Shown: piece by piece, positions 49,801 through 62,551 of the stretch
How the letters are laid out: each line of letters begins with the position of its first letter
How positions within the stretch are numbered: position 1 is the first letter of the stretch
NCBI RefSeq assembly: GCF_022539665.2
Contig: NC_081331.1
Span: forward strand, 9,424,001 to 9,488,000
Direction: 5' to 3'
From: Daphnia carinata
Lineage: Eukaryota
Length of the DNA stretch: 64,000 nt
The notes under the pieces: generated by a model
Databases searched by the model: none
Seen by the model: only the letters and a program-made list of their open reading frames with translations
What the model was told of the DNA's origin: nothing
Translations under genes and position numbers: made by a program

Positions 49801-51650
49801 TTTAAAATAAAAATATTCATTCAAAAAAGTGAAGAAAATTTCTTATGGCAGAAAAATAAAGATTTGAAAAACTGAATGATGGCGCCAAAAATGTTTGAAA
49901 TGTATATTTATGAGAGGTTGTTCGACGCGCGCACTGATCCCAATTTGCTTGGAAATTGGGTTTCTTTATTCATCGTCGGTACGCATTGGCAACGCTGGAA
50001 TAGTGGCTTCATCGCGATGGCTGCCGCTTCAAGCGAACAGAGAACGACGACGAGGGTTTCGATCGAGAGCTCTCTCTCCTTTGTCCTGTCTTTTTATTCC
50101 TCCTCTCCTTCTTTCCCCCCCCCCCCCCGTTTCTCTTGTGGCGCCCACGCCTGGCAACCGAACCACGGATCCCTTCTCTCGAATTTCTCGGCTCCTTTTG
50201 GCCTCTCCCTCTCCCCAATGATCTATCTTTCCTCTCCTCCATCCTGTCTCCCCACCCACCCCCTTTTTTTCCAACCCACACACAGGCGCAGCTGCACCGC
50301 CAGAGGGTCGGGGACGACGATGGTGCGCATGTGCTGCCAGCTCTTGGGTTTTTTCGTTTTTTCCTCCTTTTTTTTCCTTTTTAATTCTTTCCTTTAAGTC
50401 TTTATTCTTTTCTTTCTTCTACCATTCTTACTGGCCGTCGACGTCTTGTCTGGCCACAGCGTTGCGCGATTGCTGATAATAAAAGATTATAGCTTACCTT
50501 GTTTTAAAAAAAAAATGATTGCACGATCGTTCACCAATTTTTTCGTACCTAACTGATAGCAGAGTAGTGTGCTTGGTAATCGTGATTTAACTTTACGAGT
50601 CCCGTATGGCAATGCAGCGCATTTAGGGCAACAAGAAATCATTTTTCCTGTGTCATACATCAACGTTTCTGAAATAGGTTTTTTGTAAATTTTCTTCCGT
50701 TCGTTCTCCATTTTTTTCGTTTGTTTCGCTGTCCTTGGTATGTTTTTTATTTTGGTAAAACCGGATTGGCTCCGTCTCTAGCCATAAGAGAAGGGAAGGG
50801 TAAGAACTGGTTCCATTGGCGCTAGAAGAAGCAAACGTTTATGAAAATTCTCAACTAGAATATCCGATTGTATTTTTAAAAAAAACGGTGTTGGTTCAAA
50901 ACAAAATCCTTGGAAAGGCCATTGCGTCCTTGTTACGGCGTTTGCAACCTCTCGCCGCCTCATGACGGATGGAAAGTCGAGCAGAAGGATCCCAAAATCG
51001 TGCGGGCACGTAGGCCATAGAGATTTTTTGAAGCTTGGCGCGGATGATGGGCGCCTCTAGCGGCCGCTACTTTATGAATTTTCGTCTTCTAAAAAAGAAA
51101 AGAAAATGGAGGTTGAGAAACGGGGGCTGGGTTGCGAGGGCTGGCCTTGGGTTTGTTGCCTTCTGCTGCGCAAGGCAAGAGAACCTTCGCCCACATCCCC
51201 ACCACTCCATGGCCACCCCACCCGACCAGCTGACAACAAGAAAAAGAAAAAAGGAGGGAGGCAACGTGCCAGGGAGAGAGAAAACAAGAAGGGAGGGGAG
51301 GATCAATCCGCTTGCTATTGCTGTTGTGTTCAAAAAAGAAAAAGAGAGGGGGAGAGGAAAAAGCCTGTTTCCCGTTTTTGCTGGCGGGGGGATAGTAAAA
51401 GAAGAAACTCTCTCTCCCGTCTTCCGCCCCTGTGTGACAAGAGAGCCCTCAGGACAGGCTGCTTTGCTGTAGTATATGTTGCTCAAAAACAATTCCACAA
51501 CAGAGAGAACATCCAGCATGTCTCATCCGCGCCGTTTGAATTTCTTGCAGCAGCGGTCGGAGCAATGACTTTTTTTGTGTGTTATATAAGCCGAGTGATT
51601 GATGCAATGAAATAAGGTTCAGCATTTATTAAAAGATTTCTCGTTTTCCA

Positions 51651-53519
51651 ATGAAGGTATTGCCAAACACAACGAGCACCACTTCTCCAACCATGGGTCT
51701 ACAAGCGCATCCTTGCAGCAACAAGCGGACAATTGAGGGATTAGAAGAGCCGGCCGGCCGGACTCAACAGAATCATCATTATAATAATAATAATCAGCAA
51801 GTCTACCAAGTGCACGGCGGTCCGCGTGCTGCCAAACAGCAATGTACTATCCGAGTCGGAGTAGAAGCTCCCGACCATTTAACCACGTTGGTGTCGAGCA
51901 CTTGCAACTCTGGCACGGAATCGGTAACCAACAACAACAACAGTTGGTATCGAGATGTCCAGCAACAACATGCTCCCGATTATGAAACGTACGTCAACGG
52001 ATTCAATGCTGCTGAAGTTCGAGCATCGACGCCTTACTCTGCGTCGTCGACGTATTATTCGAGTACATCGACACATAGCACAGAAAATGTGGCCGTCCCT
52101 GCCGTCGAATACTCTTCCTACGCTAACAATGGTTCCAGCAACGTCCAGTACTCCAGCCAAAATGTCTATCAGAACCTGACGTCCATGCTGCCCGTCGCCA
52201 ATGGAGGCGGAGAGTCGCTGGCGGATCGATTCGAACGCGTGTGCAGCAGCCCTCGCCCGTACGTCCAGTACAGCGGCGGTCGCGAAGATCCCACTGGATA
52301 TCATTACGGAGGAAACAACGAGTCCAGGTCGGATGAACGCTATTGGACGTTTGGCTACACGGCAGCTTGTCCTAGAAAGACGGGCCCTGCTGGGTACGCA
52401 AAATGCAATAGTAGTTACAACGGCTACAATGGTGAGAATGGATTCAGTCATCATAAAGCGACGTCAAATGGCTACCAACAGCAGCAGCAGCAGCAGTTGG
52501 GCGGACAGACGATCCAGCGTGATGAAAACGGCAAGTCCTATTTGGAACTTGGTGCCAAAGCGGCTGTCCAGCCAGAATGGACTCGCCCCCAAATGTGGCC
52601 TGCTAGTAATAATGGCCAACAACAACAGCAACATTACGCTGTTGCTCCTCCTACGCCATTGGTCAAATCTTGCTCGAAATGCGGGCATGTCCTTTTAAAT
52701 CCAGCTCGATCTCTACCGCAACCTTGCTATCGACATCAACGGCTCTCTGTCCTGTCACTTTCCATGCTCAAACTCAACAGATATCGGCAGTGTTCCGATC
52801 CCAGTCTTCATCGTTCTGTTCTCATATGCAACACTTTGCGTCATATCGAGGATGAGATGGAAAGAGAAGGACCAACTGAAACGTCGTCTGCTCCGACGTC
52901 TTCAGCAGCCAACAGTTGTGATACTTGTTGTTGTTCTCATTGCGGTACAGTTTTCAACAAGACCGACAACTACGGCAACGACAACAGTGCCAGCAATGGT
53001 ACCAACAACAGTGTCGGTGTCTATGATACAACGCCGGAAACGAACTTCATTAATGCTGGCGAGTACGGTGGTAGTCAGAGTAGCACAGCAACAACAACAG
53101 CAGCGACGACCACTACTACAATTGCAGCTAGCTCTAAATCAAATTCGGTGGTGCATGCAGATGAAGACGATTCCGGTTTTGGCGACGAAGATAGTCGAGA
53201 TATCGACTGGAGTTCAGTTTTTAGCATGTCGACAACATCGGGGTTTGACGTGGCTAGTGGCAATTCGAACGCCGGCTCATCAGATTCGTATCTGTGCGAT
53301 TCAAACTCTTCGGATCCGTCTTTATTTGCTGGTGCGGAGCTCGTCAGCGAGTTGGGCCTTTCCAATTGGAAGACTAGCCATTGCGGATCGGCTACGAATG
53401 GTCATAGTGGTGGCCCTACATCCTGGACCAGTGACGCTTCCGACTTTTCCGGTGTTAGATGGAAAAGTGAATTGGGCGATGAACTGGAGGGTTTCGTCCA
53501 CATCCTCGTTGGTTCCTAG
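51651..53519 (+). CDS. SERTA-domain transcriptional co-regulator (SERTAD/CDCA4/taranis family); real start may be ATG 51693
   Basis: QRLSVLSLSMLKL..DPSLHRSVLICNTLRHIEDEM (SERTA) and C-terminal ELEGFVHILVGS. Single long coding exon; possible noncoding exon ending at donor ~48566. Confidence 0.9.
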   Translation: MKVLPNTTSTTSPTMGLQAHPCSNKRTIEGLEEPAGRTQQNHHYNNNNQQVYQVHGGPRAAKQQCTIRVGVEAPDHLTTLVSSTCNSGTESVTNNNNSWYRDVQQQHAPDYETYVNGFNAAEVRASTPYSASSTYYSSTSTHSTENVAVPAVEYSSYANNGSSNVQYSSQNVYQNLTSMLPVANGGGESLADRFERVCSSPRPYVQYSGGREDPTGYHYGGNNESRSDERYWTFGYTAACPRKTGPAGYAKCNSSYNGYNGENGFSHHKATSNGYQQQQQQQLGGQTIQRDENGKSYLELGAKAAVQPEWTRPQMWPASNNGQQQQQHYAVAPPTPLVKSCSKCGHVLLNPARSLPQPCYRHQRLSVLSLSMLKLNRYRQCSDPSLHRSVLICNTLRHIEDEMEREGPTETSSAPTSSAANSCDTCCCSHCGTVFNKTDNYGNDNSASNGTNNSVGVYDTTPETNFINAGEYGGSQSSTATTTAATTTTTIAASSKSNSVVHADEDDSGFGDEDSRDIDWSSVFSMSTTSGFDVASGNSNAGSSDSYLCDSNSSDPSLFAGAELVSELGLSNWKTSHCGSATNGHSGGPTSWTSDASDFSGVRWKSELGDELEGFVHILVGS

Positions 53520-53890
53520 TATTTCCGCTCTCTTATCCCCCAAACGTTGCTCTCTCGAGATTGTCAATGAAAACTTCCAATTGCTCAAGTGAAACACAGA
53601 GAGATTTGTTAAAAGAAACAAAAATTATTGTTCTGACACCAATGAATCAGTGATGCTTTTTACAGCGTATCCTAATTTCAGCCCTGGACAAATCACGGAC
53701 AGCTCCTCCTACAAAGATATCCTCCCATCTGTTGTTGTGTACATACTGTGTACAAAATGTATTGTGTCGAATTCAATGTTCAATCATATGTAATCACAAT
53801 CTTGCGGCAAGCCATATCCAATACAAAAAAAAAAAAGAATTTCAAATGAAACAAGGTGTTTATTTCTGTTTGTTCTTACCATCTGTTTTG

Positions 53891-55153
53891 TTATTCAATT
53901 AACTTGATTTCTCGAAAATCATGGCAAATGCTAAAACGCTGAACTATTTCTTCACTCAGTGGAGCATTACCAGGTCGAACCAGCAATTTGACCTGGACAC
54001 CAGCTTCGTTGGCAGCTATGGCTTCTACGTAGACACAATAAATGAGGTTCTCAGTATGTCAATCGAAAACAGATTTTCAGCTACCTGTTGGAAGGTCAGT
54101 AAGAAACAATATCTCATCCGGTGCAAATCCAGTCGATTTACATATTTCCCGATAGCTAGCTGTTTCAATTTTCAAGCCAATTTGCGTATCAAAGTGACCA
54201 GAAAAATACTGAACATTAAAGATTAGCTTTTAGATATCATGTCCAACACATTAAAATGTATCGCGATAACCTGAAGCAGGTTTCCTACTACCGAATGGCC
54301 AAATAAAAGTTTTTGCGCTTCGATGCTCCCAGAAGAGTAAATGTACACTTTTTTGCCGCTAGATGTCCATAGCTTCAATGCCTCTTCCACATCTTCGTAT
54401 AAACTGTTATCCATTTTTTAAAACAAATTCAAACAAAAAAATTATAATATTAATACATGTAAACGCGAGATGTTGAAGTTATAGGAAAATATAAAAATGA
54501 GGAGGTGGGACACGATACAAGATCATCCATCTGGCCCACCAGAAGCGACCCAATAAATTTACTATCAATATAAATGTCTTTACTGGCCATGAATTTCTCC
54601 AGATGCATATCCTTCTCTCCACATGTGGCCCTGCAATTGCTTTAAAGCTGTGATCTTTCTATCTTGATCCATTTGCCAATTGATATTTGCAATAACAGAG
54701 CTCATGATAGAGGCAGGTGTTTGATCAGAACTAGCAATTTCAGGTACTCCAACCATAGTGAGGGTATCCTCTATGGCCTGTCATAAAGCAAGGTTATTCA
54801 TCATGTGTAATTGTATCTTGTCTGTAAACAATCACACTTGTTTCCTCAATAATTCAATATCATTTTGGAGTTCCAAGGAGTCCCAATTTGCCTCCAAATA
54901 GGTTTGAAGTTCTTTTCTTATGTATGGAAATAGTTCATCCTGTAGACATTTGACCAGATTTATAATGCATGACACTCTTAACTCTTTAGGTATGCACTGC
55001 AGAACCTTACTTTTACAAAACTGATGCTTGTTGTGGTTCCCTGTCATATAGAAAAGTAAGAGAATGTAAATCTTCATTCCAGATATGTAATCAACATGAT
55101 TAAATTTACAACACTAGTACCTCAATATCTAACAGCAAACAGTTGATAGTCAT
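53891..55153 (-). CDS. ENOPH1: Enolase-phosphatase E1 (HAD family, methionine salvage), 7 exons
   Basis: Spliced [96 protein letters not shown]; phases consistent. Confidence 0.95.
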
Positions 55154-56392
55154 TTCTGCTATTGCACGAAAAAAAATGTTACAAAAAATATATATCTTTA
55201 ACTCGGTATGTCCGTTTTCACAGTGTATTAAAGTCCGGTCTACTATCTATCGCAATGCACTGAATTCCACGAATGAATTATTACAAAAATATTCTCACTT
55301 CCGGCTTAGAGTTGAAACGAGGCTCCCACGCTTGCGAAAGCCGACAGAAGCAGACAAACTTGAGAAAACTGGGAAATCCCATTAAGTTATGAACTGATGG
55401 ACGGAACGAATTTAAGCAGGAACCTGCACGAATCGTAAAAATTATAACCTCCCGCGCGCCATCTAGGTGGGCATTAGTTAAACGACAAGCAGAAACACCC
55501 GGTAAAATCAAAGAAATCATATAATAATATACTTGGCTGATGTACTCGGTAGTTAGCTTAAGTATGTTCTTGTTGAGCTATCGTGAATTCACTTCTATGA
55601 ACGTGGTTGATGTATTTGTGATTGTGATGTGCCTATCTAACTGGCTTATTTTGGAAAAAGCGAACGTAACCGAGGAAGAGAATGTTCAAAATTGGAAGTG
55701 TTATGCAGAATATCAGTAGAAAACTCATAGTGATAACAATCAGCGTACAACCCTACCCAGCTTATTTCAGAACATTTAGTTACTCGTCAATTTGCCTGTT
55801 CTAGCTAATGTCAACGTTTGCCTCTCGCAATGTCAAGTTCCTATTGTGTATCAATTCTTATCGACAGATGTCATTGACCGTCAGTCAACAAAAACCCGCC
55901 ATGCAGCCGATTATATAAACCAATTGAACACAGTCCAACAAATGCTCTTTCCCCTAGTGATTCAACGTTTTCACAGTTAAGAAACGTATGTGTCCTCTGA
56001 ATTTCTTTTAAAGTATCTCAGTGACCATGATACAAAAATGTGACAAATTAAAATCCACTTCTATGTTCTTTAATTGAATTAAAGGTAGGTTTATTAGGAT
56101 AGAGAGCATTCATCGTTTCAAATAAATAGTTAAATATGAAAACAAATACTTGTTAATGCTTAAGGAACGTATTAAGAGATTAAAGATAATTTCTTCAAAC
56201 TCGGGTTGAAAAAGCGTTCATCTTCAGAGCGCTATAATTACTAATAAAATAATATAATGTACATAGATGTCGAAAGAGGCACCGTGGGCGTCAGAATTGC
56301 ACTTTTCGGTTGATTTTCATTAATGAATACTTTGATGTCAGCCGTCCCGGTCGGAAGGAAATGAACTCATCATTTGTGCTAATAGTAAAAGA

Positions 56393-58673
56393 TTAATCAG
56401 AAGAGCACATAAATTCTGAACACTGCTGGCTTCGTATCTGACGAAACAATTTGTCCGCTCCAATTAGGCTGGATATGCGTTCTGGAACACTGTTTAGTTA
56501 TACACACACAAAAAAAATTAAAAACTGTAAAAAAAATTTATGAAAAATATGATTGGAATCGTCGTACTAGTTAGCAGTGAACCACAGAGCTCGTTGAACA
56601 ACGTTAGCTTCGGGTAGACCTCCCATCCGACCAATCTCGCAAACGATTTTCGATTGGCAGGTGGGTTCCTGAAGAGAACGCACACCGAAAGAGCTGATCA
56701 TGTCTAGAATGGGAAATGTTGCTTCGTCTCGGGCGGCATTTGCTTCCTCAGTTTCCGAACGTTTACGACGTCTATGGGGTAATCATGATATAATAGAAAA
56801 ATTTTAAACTTTCATTAATCCCTGTTTGTGATTAAAAATACCATAAACACAAAAATTACCCAGAACTAACGGTAACAATGTTCGGTACAATGGCGGCCAA
56901 AAAGAGACCGATTGGCAGGAAAGCAGTAAGAGCACTTACGAAGCTGCTGTGTTTGTCATCTCTGTGGAAAGAAAATAATAAAAACAATTATTTCAAGTCG
57001 TTACAAGTTTTTAGTGGCAAATCTTTCAAGTCAGTTGCAACAACCCTACGTTTCGTTTGTTTATTCGGTGCTGACCTACAATAGTCTAAGTGGTTTGCAG
57101 CAACTTGTACATCGAGTGGCTACCGATAACAGTTTAGCGCTAAGCAGTTATCTTGACGAAACGGTTAGTTGACACGATACGAATTTTGATTAGTGAACAA
57201 TGTGCAAATACAGTGAAATCGGTGATGTACAGTAGGAGTGAGTGGTTTGGCTGTGAAGTAATCTCCATCACGCTTTCTAACCCCCTTACAAATTGTTTTA
57301 AATGTTGCTCACGATCGATCAGTTCTCGCGTAGAAGAATGGGGAGCAGAATGGAAGCCATTTGAAGATAGGCTTAAACATCGATTTGAAGATGCTTTTCA
57401 TGGCAAATTTGCTCAGATGCCAAAGGCCGGGAGGATCGTAATAGTAATCGTAAGGAATGGCAGCGTAATTGGATCCGTAACCATAACCAGATCCGTAGCC
57501 GTAAGGGACAACATCTTTACCATACTTCCACCAATCGTGGAAAGCTTTTTTTGGCTTTTTGAAAAAAGCGGGCTGTAACCCATAGAAACCGCTTCCGTAG
57601 TTGGCCCCGTAACCCCCTCCATAAGATCCGTAGCCACCTCCATACCCTCCTCCGTAACCACTTCCAGCACCGTAGCCGGATGCTCCGTACGCTCCCGATC
57701 CGTAGCCTCCATATCCTCCTGATCCATAAGTTCCATATCCACCTGATCCATAATTTCCATATCCTCCCACTCCATAATTCCCCGAATACAACGGAGACCC
57801 GTATCCACCAGAGACCGAACTTCCGTAGCTTGAGTAGCCTCCGTAAGGATTGCGGTAGTTACTCGAGTAGCCAGGCGAGGCATAAGAGCCTCCGTAAGCT
57901 CCGCCATACCCATAGCCCGTAGCTGGCGGAATAGAACTGTACCCGCCATTAACAGTTCCGTAGCTAAAATCGTCTTGCCTAGATATCGGATTACGCATCG
58001 TTGTGCCTGACAACATTGACCCGCCTGATGAAGACGACGAAATTCCGCCAAGCGGTGCATCTTCATCATATCCAGCTCGATTAACAATTTGATCAACATT
58101 ACTATTGTTATTATTGTTGTTAAATCCACCTGCTTGCTGGTATTGGTAGTATGGCATCCTACCACTTTGCATACTAGATAATGATGAAACAGGATGATCC
58201 TGTTGCTCACGGGGCATTCCACGCAAAAAGGAATTAGGAACAGTTGAAGAAGGATTGCTTATGCTGTAAAACGGACCAGATGGGGTTGGAGGGAATTTGC
58301 GAATATCGTACCCGTAGCCAACGGCATTGCCGTAAGATGTATCAGGCGCAGCTTCATAGCCGTAATCGCTGCCCGATCCGTAACTGGAGGGTGCTGAATA
58401 GCTTCCATCGCGGTTAATGTCTTGACCGTCCAGTGATTGGGATACTATGCCTTGATAGTTAAGAGATGATTTGCTAGCAGGGCCATTCATTATGGAGCCA
58501 GATCGGTTGGGATCTTCACTTCCACGGCTGGAAGAATAGCTTGAAGAATAGTCTGGCTTATTCGCGTAGCTGGGACTATTCCAGTTCATCTGACGACCTT
58601 CTGCTTGTTGCTCTTCGGCAGTAACGAGAGCAGCGCAGATGAAGGTTAGCACCAACAGTACAATCTTGGCCAT
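56393..58673 (-). CDS. Secreted Gly/Tyr/Ser-rich protein with Cys-containing C-terminal module (DM4/DM12-like); exons 58673-57313, 56961-56860, 56771-56568, 56489-56393
   Basis: Signal peptide [19 protein letters not shown] and GGYG repeats. In-phase splicing gives a hydrophobic stretch, RRKR, then [10 protein letters not shown]...QQCSEFMC. Family label is from memory. Confidence 0.8.
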
Positions 58674-60059
58674 CTTGATTTTTTCGAGTATTTCCTAACA
58701 AAGGTAAAGTGATGAATTAAACAGTTGTTATCGTAGAGTTTGTATAACGGGTCATGATTAAGATATAATAAGAAGTGAAATAATTATTTTGGATTAGGAA
58801 TGAGCCCACAGTTTCCCAAGCCTATCATTACACTACAAATTTATTTCTTTTTTGTTTGATGATTGGGCATCAACCAGTATCTGGAGGGAAGAGAAGGAAA
58901 GCTGCGTTTTGCTTCCAGCTAACGCAGTTCCTCCAACACGGTCGTGACTTTGCCACTAGAGACGTAAGCCTAGTCCCGTTAAGAAAAAGAAATCTTTTCC
59001 TTCATCTGACTTGTACAGCACCTGTTGTTGGACAACAGGACAATCACCCTGAATAGCGTTCAAACTGGGCAAAGGGTAATTTTAAGCGCAACACGGAAGT
59101 TGTTAATCACTATGTCAGATGGACAGCCGAAACGTTGAGAATTCGCTTCAGAAAGAACCCCATTTGATTTAATTTGTACATTTGGTTTCGCTACTGAAGA
59201 AGACATGCAAGTCTTGTTGACTTTCTTGCCAAATATCGCGGTTTTAAATCTACATATGGAAAAGCTTTCAATACTAGTTTATGGTTGAATGAGATTCGTT
59301 TTTGTCGTGAAAAAGTAATGGTAATACACGTTCAGTTTGCAACTAAAGGTAAATGTTAAAGACTCAAAAAGAATCAAAGCGAAACGAATGGAAGCAAGAA
59401 GTGCCAAATGATCGGAATAGCGGACGATGTTATATCCTCTAGCGATTTCGGGAGACGGATCAGTAGTTCCATGTCTCAAAAATGGGTTTTTTAACCTTTC
59501 GTCTAAGTCCAGAAGCGAAACTGATGTGTTTCGAGATCGTACGCCTCAACAAAGGCTATAACGGTTTAAGAAAAATGGTCTTCTCTTATCGTACCTTTTA
59601 GTTGTAGCAAGTTTTCTAGATAGATCAACGATGGACAAGACAGTATCTTTCATTTCATTTAATCTTAAGAAATCGGACAAGAAAGGCTAAAAAAAGACAT
59701 GTTTTCTGATGACTTCAACATTGACACATGTCCATGTAAAGTAATGGAGTAACACTTGAAGAAACTGAATTTAACAACAACTTGAACTACAAATTTTTCT
59801 TTTTGTTCAAGTTAATGCTTCACATTTAATTATGGTTAATGTCTACAGTGATGCAAGTGTTACATTTGATCTCGGATAAACGAATTCGCTACACATTACA
59901 ACGTGATGAACATTGAAGTATAATTATTTTGGGATGGTACCTGTGATAGCCTCTTGAACACCTTAGTTTGGCTGTAGAAGTGACGAGACGGAAGATGCAC
60001 TAGTTAAGCGACTCGCTAGTCGACACAGAGTGAGACGAATAGGATAGTGTTTGAATTGC

Positions 60060-60068
60060 TTTTATACC
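60060..60068 (-). promoter_or_regulatory. TATA box (GGTATAAAA) of the Gly/Tyr-rich gene; noncoding first exon ending ~59941
   Basis: TATAAAA on the minus strand ~30 nt upstream of an exon-like segment with a GT donor near 59940; AG acceptor near 58696 just upstream of the ATG. Confidence 0.55.
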
Positions 60069-62551
60069 TGCGGCCCTGTTCAAAATAAGTATCCTTGTTC
60101 AAAACACACGCGCATAGCATGGGTTTTCGGCCAGTCACTACGTCGTTCGTTAGTTTTGTTCAGATAGCCTCCGGTTGCTCTGCTTGGATACGTTTCCTAA
60201 AGTTGTTGAGCTCTAGACCCGTACTAAATAATATGGTGACAAGTTGCGTACTTCCTCCTTACAAATAAACCTGATTAAACACATATTTCACATTAGTTTG
60301 TAATGATTTATGAATGCAATTGATACCAGAGGAACACTCTATGCTACCCATTTAACAAAAACGTATTTCTTTCAAGGGAGAGGTTTAAGTTACATTTTGT
60401 TAAAAGTCATTGTTCTCTTCATAATTTCTTTCATCCGAATAACTATGGTGAAGTTTGATATTCTATAACAGTGCAAGACGGACTAATATTTTTTTATTTA
60501 TTCAAACTTAATTTTGATTGCATAGATGTAATAATGGAAATGAACGTGAAAAATTTTAAGTTTGTTTTATGCCATTACGACTGAACTGCACAGCAGATTT
60601 CAGTTCTTTTTTACCTGGCAATAAAAATGCAAGAATTTTGGTAAGGAATACACGTTGAAGAGAGTTGTACTTGTTTTGTTTTTTTACAGTCACGGACAAG
60701 AAGCTTTAAATTTGTACAAGGAAACATCAGTCCCTATTTACTGTCTGAGGAAGATAGCGCGCACGGATTCTTGATATTGACATTGTTTTCCTCTAGTGTA
60801 ATTTTGAATAGCGGTAGTGTATACGTGCGTGAATGCATTTATTCTAAGGAAATGACCAGTATCTTTTCCAGCTTGTGTTCTTTTTCTTCTGCTCTGTCTG
60901 CCTTCATTTCCGTCCCCGGTTTTCCTCTTCGGTTTCATGATACGGAATAGAAAAAGGGTTATTGGTGGCCCCGTTAACATTTGTATACATCACAAAGATT
61001 TTTGTGATAACGTAAGAATATCAGAAGGTAGTATGTCTAAGGTCCTTATCTAAAGATGTCTGCGATGTAACGTGCAATATTTACGCTTATTTCACTTCTT
61101 TCAGAGTGCCTATTATTTAATCATTTATTTTTTTCTGGGGTTTGTAAAACTCGAAAGAACCTCGTACACTTGCCAAAGAATCATATTTTTCTTTCAAGAA
61201 AAAATCGTAGTTTGCAATAGAATTGCAAAGAGTTTTACACCCCCTTTTCTTTCCTTTCGCATTAGCAAACGGAATTTCATTAGGTTATACGATTTCCGCC
61301 CGGCATGTCCTGATGACCTTTAATCTTTAGACCAATACGGACGTGTCCCGTTGTATATTAAATTAGTCATTTCCGGACCTGATCGCCTTAATCGAGTGAC
61401 CCAATCTTCGGCTACAATGCATGAGCATGTAAAGGTAGGTATGCAGGCAACCTGCTACCTCTAAGGTCATCGGCAGTTCACAGTGGCAATCATAACGGAT
61501 CATTAGGCTACTATGGTCTATGGAAATGTATTCCGGCATTTAAACGAAGATTAAAACGTAAAATTAGGACAGTTGTTTATTTTTCCTTTTCATCAAACCT
61601 ACGTATATTTGTGAACCTGTTTTTGGTGCTTTTCCCACTTCGTCTATGACTGATATATAATGTTAACGGTTCTCTGTTTCCGATCTTTATCTGTTTTGCT
61701 TGTCTCTACGACAAATTAAAAAATGCGTTCCTCGTGCAAAACGGTTTGAAAGAATGACAGAAACACCAAACTTTAAATTGTATAATGTTTTTGTTTTAAG
61801 TTTGTCCAGTTTTCCCTTTTAACAGATCAATATTGCTTGCAAGAGCCGTTTTGTGGTTATTAAGATATGACAAACTTTAGCGATCCAACTAGTCATTTGG
61901 AGAGGTAAGTAATATCGCGTGGTTTCAATAGAGCATGACAGGTATTGTTGTAGGATTACTATAAGAAGTTCGATAATTAGGTACGTCATACCCACTAAGA
62001 GGATTAAATTTCCGCGGATGTTTGTATCCTTTCCTGCAGTCACCATCGTCGAAATAACGTTGTTTGCGCAGTTAGTAAGTCAGGTAACCGGAGTAGCATT
62101 TATTTTAGTCGTTGTTATTTTACCTGACTCAAGATTCTTTACTTCGATATTGTGCTCCCTTTTCGGCATCTTGCACGCAACTCAGGGAGAGATGTTTCGT
62201 TATTCCAATTTTCATTTTTCGAAGTTGCCTTGGTGACGATTCGTACCCAAGATGCATTGTTTGCGCGCAACAAGAAATTTGCCACAGTACGCTATAAGAT
62301 CGACAACTGGATGCTGCCAAAAAAGACTTTAGTTGGTAACTGTTGGTAAGCACACACAAGCTCTTGCGCGTCTGTCAGCGAACGTGAGGGTTCTTGGGAA
62401 AAATCGGATACAGTTGATCCAGAAGTTTTTTGAGGCTACCACCGACATCGAACAAAAAACAAATTCAATTTTGTTGTTGGATTTGACCGTGTAACAGAAA
62501 ATAGGACATTAGCATATTGATTTTACTCCTATTATTTTCTGTTTGGTTACA

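Noticed and set aside
44100..51600. Numerous ORFs and GA-rich tracts upstream of the SERTA gene
   Set aside because: Low-complexity regulatory or intronic sequence with no domain-like translation.
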